Shown here one piece after another: positions 16,837 through 26,217 of a stretch of 64,000 bases of DNA. Within the stretch, counting starts at the first letter, position 1, and every line of letters begins with the position of its first letter. The translations under genes were made by a program, and so were the position numbers. The notes under the pieces were generated by a model. The model saw only the letters and a program-made list of their open reading frames with translations, made no database searches and was not told where the DNA came from. Location of the stretch: NCBI GenBank assembly GCA_964410185.1, contig CAYPFM010000002.1, forward strand, positions 134,047-198,046, written 5' to 3'. The stretch is from an uncultured Candidatus Saccharibacteria bacterium (GTDB lineage: Bacteria > Patescibacteriota > Saccharimonadia > Saccharimonadales > JAUPVS01).

Positions 16837-17709
16837 ATGCCTATCATTGATATTAAAGACGTCAGTAAACTGTACGGCTTTGGCGATGCTACTACCGTAG
16901 CGCTCGACGAGGTTAGTTTAAGTGTTGATCGTGGCGAATTTGTCGCCGTCATGGGTCCCAGCGGGTCGGGAAAATCGACTCTCATGAACCTGATTGGCTT
17001 GCTCGATCGTCCAACTCATGGCGAGTACATGTTGAGTGGTCGGTCGGTCGCTCGTTTGCGACCGAATCAACGCTCCAAGGTGCGCCGCGATAAAATTGGC
17101 TTCATCTTTCAGTCCTTTAATCTCATTCCACGCCTTTCGGCGATCGAGAACGTGGCTTTGCCGCTTGCCTATCGTGGTATGTCGCAGAGTCGCCGGCTCA
17201 AGCAGGCCAGCGTTTTGTTGGAACGGGTTGGTTTGCAGGATCGTGAGTATTATCAGCCCCACCAACTGAGTGGTGGCCAAACCCAGCAAGTTGCTATTGC
17301 TCGCGCTCTTATAACGAACCCAGACATTATTATTGCTGATGAGCCGACCGGAAACCTGGACAGCGCCTCCAGCCGTTTAGTGATGGAGTTGTTGAGTGAA
17401 ATTCACAGTAGCGGCCACACTATTATTATGGTGACGCACAACCCCGAACTCACGCGCTACGCCAACCGTGTCGTTTATATGCAGGATGGTGTGATTGTGC
17501 ACGACGAAGTGACTGAAGTGGGCGAAGTTCCGGCCCGCGCCCGTCGCCTTATCTACGATTTGCCAAAGACCACAACTGAAGAAGATGACCTAGCCGGCGT
17601 GTCAGCCCTGATGACAGCCATCCCAGCCAAAGACCCTAAACCAAAGAAGAAGCCGGTCAAGCGCAAAAAACGTAAGCCAACCACCAAAACGCGGAGTAAG
17701 AAGTCATGA
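16837..17709 (+). CDS. ABC transporter ATP-binding protein (MacB/LolD-type) with Lys-rich C-terminal tail
   Basis: Walker [10 protein letters not shown], signature [15 protein letters not shown], Walker B IIIADEPT. The C-terminus is [23 protein letters not shown]. Confidence 0.92.
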   Translation: MPIIDIKDVSKLYGFGDATTVALDEVSLSVDRGEFVAVMGPSGSGKSTLMNLIGLLDRPTHGEYMLSGRSVARLRPNQRSKVRRDKIGFIFQSFNLIPRLSAIENVALPLAYRGMSQSRRLKQASVLLERVGLQDREYYQPHQLSGGQTQQVAIARALITNPDIIIADEPTGNLDSASSRLVMELLSEIHSSGHTIIMVTHNPELTRYANRVVYMQDGVIVHDEVTEVGEVPARARRLIYDLPKTTTEEDDLAGVSALMTAIPAKDPKPKKKPVKRKKRKPTTKTRSKKS

Positions 17710-18923
17710 GTAACGGAAACGTCCGGATGGCTTTTAGCTCCCTGCGCCGCTCTCGTGCCCGCAGTTTATTGACCATGTTCGGTATTATCATTGGTGTTAC
17801 AGCCGTGGTTGTGACCATTAGTATCGGGGCTGGCGTAAAGCGTCAGATGAAAGATCAGCTCAACCAACTGGGGAGTGATGTCATAACCATACAACCGGCC
17901 AGCAACACCAAGAATAGTAGCTATCTGCCCGCTACTGGTGTTTTCTCGGGCTTGGGAGCCAGTCCGCTAACCCAGGCAGACCTGACAGCTGCTACACAGA
18001 CCAGCGGTGTTGTTACAGCCGTCCCACTTGGTGTTGGTAGCGGTTTTGCAACGGTTGATGGTGCCAAAGTTGATGGCGGTACCGTCATTGCGACGACCGA
18101 AAACCTACCCAAGATTCTCAAGCAAGACATCGAATTCGGGGTCTTCTTCAACAGCCAAGAACTCAACAGCCATGTTGTAGTGATTGGTCGGAGCGTGGCC
18201 GAGCAACTCTTCCAGGAAAATGCTCCGATTGGTCGCACGATTAGTATTCGCGGACAGGACTTTATTGTCAGGGGCGTGTTTAAAGAATTTGGTGGCAACC
18301 CATTGTCGCTCGGTGCTGACTTGAATAAAGCAGTTTTTGTTCCCTTCCCAGTTGCCGCCAGCTTGTCGGATGGCAGTGTGCCGATTGCTCAGATTTTTGC
18401 CCAGACCGAAGGCGATTCTATCGCCACCACGAGCGAGGCCTTAAAAAAGAATCTCACCACCGCCCACGCTGGCCAGCAGGACTTTGTGGTTCTCACCAGA
18501 GATCAAGCCCTGGCTGCTAATGCCAAGAGTGTTAATGTCATCACTCAGCTGATTGCTGGCATCGCTGCCCTGTCTTTGTTGGTTGGCGGCATCGGTATCA
18601 TCAATATTATGCTGGTATCTGTCACCGAGCGGACGCGTGAAATTGGTATTCGTAAGGCTATTGGTGCCACCAACCGGCAGATTTTGAATCAGTTCCTCAT
18701 CGAGGCCGCGACGTTAAGTGGAGTGGGTTGTGTGATTGGTGTGCTCTTGGCTCTACTCAGTATTTTCTTAATCCGAGTTGGCACTAGCCTGCATCCAGTT
18801 ATTACGGTTCCGGTCATCGTCATCGCTCCCCTGGTCGCTTGGACGGTTGGGGTGATTTTTGGAGTCGCGCCGGCCGTTAAGGCAGCCCGCAAAGACCCCA
18901 TCGACGCGCTCCGCTACGAGTAG
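17706..18923 (+). CDS. ABC transporter permease, FtsX/MacB family
   Basis: 405 aa; N-terminal TM, a periplasmic MacB_PCD-like domain, and a C-terminal FtsX 3-TM module (ERTREIGIRKAIGAT). A 4-nt overlap joins it to the ATPase gene. Confidence 0.9.
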   Translation: MSNGNVRMAFSSLRRSRARSLLTMFGIIIGVTAVVVTISIGAGVKRQMKDQLNQLGSDVITIQPASNTKNSSYLPATGVFSGLGASPLTQADLTAATQTSGVVTAVPLGVGSGFATVDGAKVDGGTVIATTENLPKILKQDIEFGVFFNSQELNSHVVVIGRSVAEQLFQENAPIGRTISIRGQDFIVRGVFKEFGGNPLSLGADLNKAVFVPFPVAASLSDGSVPIAQIFAQTEGDSIATTSEALKKNLTTAHAGQQDFVVLTRDQALAANAKSVNVITQLIAGIAALSLLVGGIGIINIMLVSVTERTREIGIRKAIGATNRQILNQFLIEAATLSGVGCVIGVLLALLSIFLIRVGTSLHPVITVPVIVIAPLVAWTVGVIFGVAPAVKAARKDPIDALRYE

Positions 18924-19526
18924 TTAGAAGAAGCGGCGAACTGCTTCGGTGGCGGCGGCACCCAGACCAATTTCGAGGATGATGCCACCAATGCCAATGG
19001 CCAGTCCGACGATGTACACAATGACGTCTTCGAGGATAAGCCCCAAGGCAATACCGACGACGCCCATCGATGGCAAGGTGTCGAGACCAGAGAATGGTGG
19101 TGATACAAAGGCTCCAATAGTGAGCACCAGTACCGTCAACCCGACTAAGCGCAAGTACTGTCGCTGGGCTAGTAATCCACTCATGCGTGGCCGCGAATGT
19201 TTTTCGAGCCAGCGAATCTTCTTAATTAGATAAGGAATGCCACGACCAGTAATCGACTTGCCCAGTTTGCGGTGTAGCCAGCGTTTGGGCAGCCAAATCG
19301 TGCGGCGGCCGATGATGAGCTCCAAGCACAACAGCATGACGATAACTTCAAAGACATGGGTGATGCCACCGGTTGGAATCGGCAACGCCGGAATGGCCAT
19401 CAGAATCAGGAATACTAATGCGAAACTCTTTTCGCCGCTCACGCTAATCAGCCCGGCAATCGTTTTCGGCTTGCGGCTGTGGAGCCAGGCTTCGAGCTCG
19501 TCACTAAATGCGACTGGTTTGGTCAT
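18924..19526 (-). CDS. ExoD-family membrane protein (exopolysaccharide synthesis ExoD)
   Basis: 200 aa; SGEKSFALVFLILMAIPALPIPTGGITHVFE is typical of the ExoD family; multiple TM helices. Confidence 0.65.
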   Translation of the reverse strand: MTKPVAFSDELEAWLHSRKPKTIAGLISVSGEKSFALVFLILMAIPALPIPTGGITHVFEVIVMLLCLELIIGRRTIWLPKRWLHRKLGKSITGRGIPYLIKKIRWLEKHSRPRMSGLLAQRQYLRLVGLTVLVLTIGAFVSPPFSGLDTLPSMGVVGIALGLILEDVIVYIVGLAIGIGGIILEIGLGAAATEAVRRFF

Positions 19527-19542
19527 AGTCTTATTGTAGCGG

Positions 19543-20733
19543 TTATTGCTCTTGGGAGCGACCGCAGATGGGACAGGATTCTTCTTCTGTCATCAGCGCC
19601 AACCATCGTTGGGTGGCCGGCCACCATGGTTGGTAGTCTTTGTAGGCCACAAAGTCGGCTGCTTCGCGCAACCACCAACCAACTCGCCCGTAGATGCGCA
19701 GCTTACCCCACACCACTGACGCCCATCCTGGGCCGGTCGGCGTGACGTAGACTGGTAAACGTGGACGATACACCTGTGGGTCGCGACCATTGGCGCGACG
19801 CATCAAGTTGTGGGCGACAAACAAGGCGTTGTGTAAGGCTGTTTGGGCAACACCACTGTACTTGGTTTCGGCATTGTCACCAAGCACGTAGATGTCGTGT
19901 TCGGCCTGCAGGTATTGGTCGACCTGTACCTTGTGGTGATCGGTCATCGTAAAGCCGTTATCCTGGAAGAAGCTGTTGCAGGCGACGCCGGCCGTCCAAA
20001 CCACGGTGTGGCTATAGACCGGTTGTCCGTTAATAATGAGCGCATCGGCATTTTCGGCTTCAACCTTTTGGTTGGTATGAATGGCCACGCCTAGTTTGCG
20101 GAGGTGTCGGGCGGTGGCTCGGGCGACATCCTTGGGCATACGCGGCAAGATGCGCGGGGCGGCCTCGATGAGCTCAACGTGGATGGCACGATGTTTAACG
20201 CCGTGCGCTTTCATCAGCTGCTTGAGGTACTGCGGCAAAACGCCGGCTAGCTCCACGCCGGTTGGTCCAGCCCCCACAATGAGGTAATGAGCATCGGGTT
20301 TATGGTCGGTGCGTAGTTGGTCATGTAAATGCTGCTTCAGCCGCTCGGCCTCGGCGAGTGACTTGATGCCGTAGGCAAACTCTTGCAGGCCCGGAATGCC
20401 AAAGAAGTTGGTGGTCATGCCGAGGGCTAAAATCAGGCTGTCATATTTGATGGTGCCAGCCCCCTTGGTGAGGATTTCTTTTGATTCCCGCCGTAAGTGC
20501 GTGGCGCGAGCCTTGATAAAAGTAATGTCGTGATTGGCTAATAACTCGGAAAGCGGGATTTCGGAAACACGCCCGGCCCCACCGGTGGCAGTGTGGTAGA
20601 GCGACGGGTAATAACGGAAGTTATCTTCATCAGAAATTAAGGTGACGTCGAAGCGCTGGTCGGTGCTCAACTCGAGAGCAGCCTTGACCCCGCCGAAGCC
20701 GCCGCCAACAATTACAATCTGTTGTTTCATCAT
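19543..20733 (-). CDS. ndh: Type II NADH dehydrogenase-like FAD/NAD(P)-dependent oxidoreductase (NDH-2)
   Basis: 396 aa; IVIVGGGFGGVKAA (FAD GxGxxG), a second LIVGAGPTGVELAG (NAD) and VLGDNA. Confidence 0.8.
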   Translation of the reverse strand: MMKQQIVIVGGGFGGVKAALELSTDQRFDVTLISDEDNFRYYPSLYHTATGGAGRVSEIPLSELLANHDITFIKARATHLRRESKEILTKGAGTIKYDSLILALGMTTNFFGIPGLQEFAYGIKSLAEAERLKQHLHDQLRTDHKPDAHYLIVGAGPTGVELAGVLPQYLKQLMKAHGVKHRAIHVELIEAAPRILPRMPKDVARATARHLRKLGVAIHTNQKVEAENADALIINGQPVYSHTVVWTAGVACNSFFQDNGFTMTDHHKVQVDQYLQAEHDIYVLGDNAETKYSGVAQTALHNALFVAHNLMRRANGRDPQVYRPRLPVYVTPTGPGWASVVWGKLRIYGRVGWWLREAADFVAYKDYQPWWPATQRWLALMTEEESCPICGRSQEQ

Positions 20734-20775
20734 TTGGGTTTATTATACGCAAAAAAACAGGTAAGCTAAAGCGTA

Positions 20776-22428
20776 ATGGAAGAATTAATTCAAAAACTCA
20801 AACAACTTGGCTTTAGTGGCGAAACCGAGATGACCAGCGAAATTCTGGAGGCGTACAGTCACGACGCCTCAATGTTCGAAATGAAACCAAAGGCCGTGGT
20901 AGTGCCACGTAGTGCCCAAGATGTCGAAAAATTAGTCAGCTTGGTAGCCCAAGAAAAGAAGCATCACCCCGATCTTTCGGTCACGGCTCGTAGTGCGGGT
21001 ACCGATATGTCAGGCGGTGCCATCAATGATTCGATTATCGTCGACTTCAACAAACACTTCGGCAAAATTGAGTCTGTCACGGCGACGTCGGCACATGTTC
21101 AACCGGGTGTTTTCTACCGTGATTTCGAGCCCGCCACCTTTAAGCACGGCGCCCTCTTGCCTTCCTTCCCGGCGAGTCGTGAACTTTGTACGGTTGGTGG
21201 CATGGTCAGCAACAACTCAGGCGGCGAAAAGTCGTTAGAGTACGGCAAAACCGAAGACTTTGTTACCGAGCTGAAAGTTGTTTTTGCCGATGGCAATGAG
21301 TACACTGTTAAGCCACTGAACCGCCGTGAACTGGTCAAGAAGATGGCGCAAAAGGACTTCGAGGGCAGCCTATATAAGCAAACCTTTGAACTGATCGAAA
21401 AGCACTACGACGAAATTAAAGCTGCCAAACCGCAGGTCAGTAAGAATGCGACGGGCTACAACCTCTGGGATGTCTGGGACCGCGAGACCGGCATCTTTGA
21501 CCTCACCAAGCTCATCGTTGGCTCGCAGGGCACGCTGTGTCTGGTAACCGACATTCACTTCCGTCTTGTTCCCAAAACCGACTTTAGCGGCGTCTTGGTA
21601 TGCTTCATGAAGAACACCGACCAACTGGGTGACATTATCAATACCGTGATGGCACACAAGCCGGCCACCTTTGAATCGTTTGACAACTACACGCTGCAGC
21701 TGTCGATGAAGTTCTTCTTGTACTTCCACAAAACGCTGGGTTGGGCCAAGCTGGCCAAGCTGGGCATTCAGCTCATCCCCGATGCGTTAGTTCTTCTGAA
21801 GGGTATCCCCAAGCTGATTTTGCTGGTTGAATTTACCGGCGCCAGTCAACAAGAAGTCGACGACAAGATTCGAGCCATGCACGCCGAGCTGAAGCCGTAC
21901 AAGTTGCAAGCACTGGAGGACGATGATACCGAAGCCAAGGCTTGGAAGTTCCGGATTATGCGCCGCGAAAGCTTCAACCTGCTTCGCAAAAAAGTTAAAG
22001 ACAAGCACACGGCGCCATTTATTGATGACCTGGTCGTTCCCCCTCCCTATCTGCCTGAATTCCTGCCAAAACTCCGCCAGATTATTAACAAGTACAAGTT
22101 GATGGCGACGGTGGCAGGCCACATGGGTGATGGCAACTTCCATGTTATTCCCCTAATGAAGCTGGAAGATCCCAAAGAACGCGCCAAACTGACTCCAGCC
22201 ATGAAAGAGGTCAACGAGCTGGTATTGAAGTATCACGGCTCACTGTCTGGTGAGCATAATGATGGGCTGGTTCGGGGGCCATGGTTAGGCCGAATGTATG
22301 GGCCAAAGGTGTTGCAACTCTTTAAAGATACCAAAAACATTTTTGACGCTGATAACATCTTTAATCCGCACAAAAAGACCGACGCCAACTGGGATTACAG
22401 CTACAAACACATTCGCGACCACTTCTAG
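20776..22428 (+). CDS. FAD-binding oxidase (GlcD / D-lactate dehydrogenase-like, FAD_binding_4 + FAD-oxidase_C)
   Basis: 550 aa; VVVPRSAQDVEKLV, ARSAGTDMSGG, ...GHMGDGNFHV...GSLSGEHNDG. Confidence 0.75.
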   Translation: MEELIQKLKQLGFSGETEMTSEILEAYSHDASMFEMKPKAVVVPRSAQDVEKLVSLVAQEKKHHPDLSVTARSAGTDMSGGAINDSIIVDFNKHFGKIESVTATSAHVQPGVFYRDFEPATFKHGALLPSFPASRELCTVGGMVSNNSGGEKSLEYGKTEDFVTELKVVFADGNEYTVKPLNRRELVKKMAQKDFEGSLYKQTFELIEKHYDEIKAAKPQVSKNATGYNLWDVWDRETGIFDLTKLIVGSQGTLCLVTDIHFRLVPKTDFSGVLVCFMKNTDQLGDIINTVMAHKPATFESFDNYTLQLSMKFFLYFHKTLGWAKLAKLGIQLIPDALVLLKGIPKLILLVEFTGASQQEVDDKIRAMHAELKPYKLQALEDDDTEAKAWKFRIMRRESFNLLRKKVKDKHTAPFIDDLVVPPPYLPEFLPKLRQIINKYKLMATVAGHMGDGNFHVIPLMKLEDPKERAKLTPAMKEVNELVLKYHGSLSGEHNDGLVRGPWLGRMYGPKVLQLFKDTKNIFDADNIFNPHKKTDANWDYSYKHIRDHF

Positions 22429-22431
22429 CGA

Positions 22432-22881
22432 TTATGGGGTGACCGTAAAGGTCGACTGAATCTCGTCGTTTTTATGATCGTGAACCAAGAAGTCCTTGCC
22501 CGTTTGCGATAGGTTGATGGTGAATGACTGCTCCTTGCTGAGCACCTTGGTTTCGATGCCGTCATAAGGCGTGTGGGAGTCGTGTTTGCCAAAAGCGATT
22601 AGCCGGATGGCATCATCGCGGTTAGTTATGGTGAGAAGGTCGCATTGGTGAGCCTCAATGTGCTGCGGAGTAGCCTGGTCGTTTTCGATGTAGATCGTAT
22701 AATTGGTGGGATTAGCTTTGTTGCATTTTTGGCTGGCTTCCTTGCCGGCATAAAGTTGCTGTTGGGCAACGCGACTGGCCAGCAGGGCGGTAGCGGTGGC
22801 AACCAAAATAATAATCACAATGGTGGTTGGGCTTAAACTTTTGCGCTTACTGTGTTGTGGCTGTTGGGGTTCTTCTGTCAT
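22432..22881 (-). CDS. Membrane-anchored cupredoxin-like domain protein (paralog of CyoD C-terminal extension)
   Basis: 149 aa; one TM, then C-x-N..Y.I.I...ATPQHIEAHQCDLLTITNRDD..IAFG...LSQTG...FTVTP. The pattern aligns with residues ~125-220 of the upstream CDS. A 4-nt overlap places it in the cyo operon. Confidence 0.55.
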   Translation of the reverse strand: MTEEPQQPQHSKRKSLSPTTIVIIILVATATALLASRVAQQQLYAGKEASQKCNKANPTNYTIYIENDQATPQHIEAHQCDLLTITNRDDAIRLIAFGKHDSHTPYDGIETKVLSKEQSFTINLSQTGKDFLVHDHKNDEIQSTFTVTP

Positions 22882-23549
22882 CTCGCTGTTACCGTGAATT
22901 TGGCGATTGCCTTGGTGTTAAGTGGATTATAGTACGAATAGGTGCCGGTCTGATTGAGCGTCACCGTCTCGCTTTTACCTTTACGGATGGTGATGGTGGC
23001 CTGACCCGCGTAGGTGGTTGGGCTAGCGGGCGTACCAAACGTAATCTGGTGGCTGACACTATCCTGGTTGGTAAACGAAATTGTATCACAAAGTTCGGCC
23101 TGAATCTGCATGGGGCTGACAACACTGCCCAGCATGATTACCTGATGATTGGCCTTCGTGCCTTGGCAGGCACCCGTCTTGTTGCCTTCGACCTGCGGAA
23201 TGGCCTCGCCCTCGGCTAGCTGTTTGGCGGTGTCGGCTGGTGGCAGCATATTGTAGTGCAAGTGGCTCATGATGAACAAGGAGCCCCCGACCACAAAGGC
23301 AATAATGGCCACGGTGCCGGCAAAGAAAGCGACGTTATACAGCGGTTTTGGCCCCCTACCAAGGTGCAAGAAGTAGTAGACTTGTATTAGCACCTGCACT
23401 GTTGCGAGCCCAACAATAACGGCCAACAGATTTGTGGCCGTCGTCGATTTGTGCACTACCATGTAGTACGAAGCGGTCGTTAATAACAGACATAATACAA
23501 AGCCAGTAATATACGACCACACACTGGTTTCGGCAGGTTTACGGCTCAT
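22878..23549 (-). CDS. cyoD: Cytochrome o ubiquinol oxidase subunit IV (CyoD) fused to a C-terminal cupredoxin-like domain
   Basis: 223 aa, about twice the normal CyoD length. The N-terminal 3-TM CyoD region is YITGFVLCLLLT...QVLIQVYYFLHL. The C-terminal ~100 aa reads PMQIQAELCDTISFTNQDSVSHQITFG...LNQTG...FTVTAR. Confidence 0.75.
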   Translation of the reverse strand: MSRKPAETSVWSYITGFVLCLLLTTASYYMVVHKSTTATNLLAVIVGLATVQVLIQVYYFLHLGRGPKPLYNVAFFAGTVAIIAFVVGGSLFIMSHLHYNMLPPADTAKQLAEGEAIPQVEGNKTGACQGTKANHQVIMLGSVVSPMQIQAELCDTISFTNQDSVSHQITFGTPASPTTYAGQATITIRKGKSETVTLNQTGTYSYYNPLNTKAIAKFTVTAR

Positions 23550-24133
23550 ATAAAGGCCCTCAGATAAACAATAGTAAAGATAAAGATCCAGACGATGTCT
23601 AAGAAGTGCCAGTACAGGCTCAGTAGCCCGAGTTTACGCATCATCGATGGTGTGAGGCCTCGTTTGATGAGGAAGAAGAGGACGACCGCCATCCAGAGCA
23701 AGCCCAGGATGATGTGTAGCCCGTGGGTCCCAACCAGAACAAAGAACGACGACAAGAAGGCGCTGCTGCTCAGGGTGTGCCCTTCCCTTGCTAACTGCGC
23801 GAACTCAGTCAGCTCCATGCTCAAAAAGGCGAGGCCGAGCAAGAAAGTGACGCTAAACCAGGCCACAACCTGCTGTTTGTTGCCACGGCGGGCGGCAATC
23901 ATGGCCAGTCCGCAGGTAAAACTGCTGGTTAGCAATAGATAGGTCTCGGTCAATGCCAAGGGCAGACTAAATAGTTCGCGCCCAGACGGCCCACCGGCAG
24001 TGCTGTCGTGCAAAACGGCGTAGACAGCGAACAGGACGGCAAACATCAATAAATCGGTCATCAGGTACACCCAAAAGCCAAACATGGAACGTTCGTTGGC
24101 AGCGGCCTCGTGGTCTGCGACTAGTTTGCTCAT
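23546..24133 (-). CDS. cyoC: Cytochrome o ubiquinol oxidase subunit III
   Basis: Start MSKLVADHE at 24133 forms an ATGA overlap with the cyoB stop. FGFWVYLMTDLLMFAVLF and LYWHFLDIVWIFIF are typical subunit III helices. Confidence 0.9.
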   Translation of the reverse strand: MSKLVADHEAAANERSMFGFWVYLMTDLLMFAVLFAVYAVLHDSTAGGPSGRELFSLPLALTETYLLLTSSFTCGLAMIAARRGNKQQVVAWFSVTFLLGLAFLSMELTEFAQLAREGHTLSSSAFLSSFFVLVGTHGLHIILGLLWMAVVLFFLIKRGLTPSMMRKLGLLSLYWHFLDIVWIFIFTIVYLRAFI

Positions 24134-26217
24134 AATTCTCGCCACCTTCTGTGCTTGATGACACCAAACGCCCAACTAATCACGGTGCTGATGAATTCAC
24201 GCAGCCCCATATCGTGGTCACTATCCGGTTTGGCGGCGGCTTGGCGGAGCTGATCCTTTTTGATGCGAGCATTCTCGAGTTTCTCAACCTCGGCTGCCGT
24301 TAGGGTGTACTCAGTATCCTCGTTAAAAGTCCGGGCGATCACGCAAATAACAATTCCCAGAGCAGCGACAATAACCAGCCAGAGGATATTCCAAACAGCG
24401 CCAAAGCCAAACAAGAAGGCAAAGCCGGCGATGTATATGCCGGTGGCGATGTTCTTGGGCATGTGGATGTCCTCGTAGACTGGTTTGGTAATTCCCTGCT
24501 GCTTCATCTCCAAAAAGGCGTCACGGCTGCTTACCTGCGGGATGGTGACAAAGTTATAGAATGGCACTGGTGACGGTGTCGCCCATTCCAGAGAACGTCC
24601 ATCCCATGGGTCGCCGGTGGTGTCGGCCAGCTGGCGTTTTTGCATGAAGCTAGCGATAATCTGCACAAGTTGCAGAACCACCCCAGCCATAATGAGGATG
24701 CCGCCGCAAAGGGCGACGATAAAGAAAGCTCGCCAGCTGGTAGCGTCGTAATGATCCAGCCGTCGTGTTGCGCCCATGATTCCCAGTATGTACAGCGGGC
24801 CAAAGGCCATCCAAAAGCCAATCACCCAGCACCAAAAGGCGTAACGGCCGATTCGCTCGTTTAAGCGGAAGCCGGCGATCTTAGGGAACCAGTATGAAAT
24901 GCCGGCTAAAATCCCCCACAGAACACCACCAATCACCATGGTGTGGAAGTGTGCTACCAAGAAGAGGCTGTTGTGGAGTTGAAAATCAGCCGGTGGTTGA
25001 GCCAGCATCACGCCAGTCATACCGCCAACGGCGAAGGTGCCCACAAAGCCCAGGAACCACAGCATCGGCGTGGTGAACCGTATTCTTCCCTTGTAGAGGG
25101 TGGCGATCCAGTTAAATACCAGCACACTGGTTGGGATGGCGATTACCATGGTCATCAGGCCAAAAAAGGCGTTCACGTCGGCGCCAGCACCCATGGTAAA
25201 GAAGTGATGCAACCAAACCGACAAAGCAAAGAACGACACGCCAATCATGCCCAGGACGGCCGAGGTGTAACTGGCGATGCGTTTGCCGCTGAAGGTCGAG
25301 ACGACTTCGGAGAAGATACCAAAGGCTGGCAACATCAAGATGTAAACCTCGGGGTGACCCCACATCCAGATTAGGTTGGTGTACATCATGGCGTTACCAC
25401 CCGCGGTGGTGGTAAAGAAGTGGGTGCCCAAGGTACGGTCGAAGGTTAATAAGAACAAGGTGGCGGTTAAGAGCGGAAACACACAGACGGCCATAACCAT
25501 GCTGCACAACGAGCCCCACGTAAAGAGCGGCATCATGCGGAGCTTCATGCCAGGGGCGCGCATCTTAAAGATGGTAACGATAAAGTTAATTGCACCCAGG
25601 GTGGTACCGATGCCCGAAATCTGTAGCGCCCAGACCATGTAGTCAACACCGACACCAGGGCTAAACTCCCTGCCCGACAGTGGCGCCACGCCCAGCCAAC
25701 CGGTAGCGGCGTACTTACCACCAAAGATAAAGAACACATTGACCATAATTACGCCGGCAACATACAGCCAGAAGCCTAAGGTATTCAAAAAGGGCGAAGC
25801 CAAGTCGCGGGCACCAATTTGTAGCGGGACGATGTAGTTGATGAGCCCAAACACAAAGCCCATGGCCACAAAAAAGACCATGATGTTACCGTGGGCGGTA
25901 AAGAGTTGCTGGAAGTGATCGGCCGACAAAAAGCCGTGCGCCGATCCGGCGGAAAGTGATTGCTGTAGCCAGATCATGATGGCGTCAAGGCCGCCGCGCA
26001 ACAGCATGAAGCCAGCGACGATAAAGTACATAATGCCAATCTTCTTGGGGTCAACCGTGGTTAGCCACTCTTTCCAGAGCCACTTCCATCGCTTCAGGTA
26101 GGTTAAGACAAAGACTAAAAAGAGGCCGGAACCAATAAAGAAGACTGCTCCACCGATAGTGAACCACTCGTGTGGCAGCGATTCCCAGGTTAAATTACCA
26201 ACCAGCAATTCTTTCAT
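24130..26217 (-). CDS. cyoB: Cytochrome o ubiquinol oxidase subunit I (heme-copper oxidase)
   Basis: 695 aa; WMWGHPEVYILMLPAFG and HHFFTMGAG...FLVAHFH are heme/CuB ligand contexts. Confidence 0.95.
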   Translation of the reverse strand: MKELLVGNLTWESLPHEWFTIGGAVFFIGSGLFLVFVLTYLKRWKWLWKEWLTTVDPKKIGIMYFIVAGFMLLRGGLDAIMIWLQQSLSAGSAHGFLSADHFQQLFTAHGNIMVFFVAMGFVFGLINYIVPLQIGARDLASPFLNTLGFWLYVAGVIMVNVFFIFGGKYAATGWLGVAPLSGREFSPGVGVDYMVWALQISGIGTTLGAINFIVTIFKMRAPGMKLRMMPLFTWGSLCSMVMAVCVFPLLTATLFLLTFDRTLGTHFFTTTAGGNAMMYTNLIWMWGHPEVYILMLPAFGIFSEVVSTFSGKRIASYTSAVLGMIGVSFFALSVWLHHFFTMGAGADVNAFFGLMTMVIAIPTSVLVFNWIATLYKGRIRFTTPMLWFLGFVGTFAVGGMTGVMLAQPPADFQLHNSLFLVAHFHTMVIGGVLWGILAGISYWFPKIAGFRLNERIGRYAFWCWVIGFWMAFGPLYILGIMGATRRLDHYDATSWRAFFIVALCGGILIMAGVVLQLVQIIASFMQKRQLADTTGDPWDGRSLEWATPSPVPFYNFVTIPQVSSRDAFLEMKQQGITKPVYEDIHMPKNIATGIYIAGFAFLFGFGAVWNILWLVIVAALGIVICVIARTFNEDTEYTLTAAEVEKLENARIKKDQLRQAAAKPDSDHDMGLREFISTVISWAFGVIKHRRWREL

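Noticed and set aside
24130-24133. Alternative genetic code (UGA recoding, as in some candidate phyla).
   Set aside because: TGA functions as a stop at well-defined junctions (the cyoB ATGA overlap, the crtB GTGA overlap). Conserved proteins are full-length without in-frame TGA read-through, so code 11 fits.
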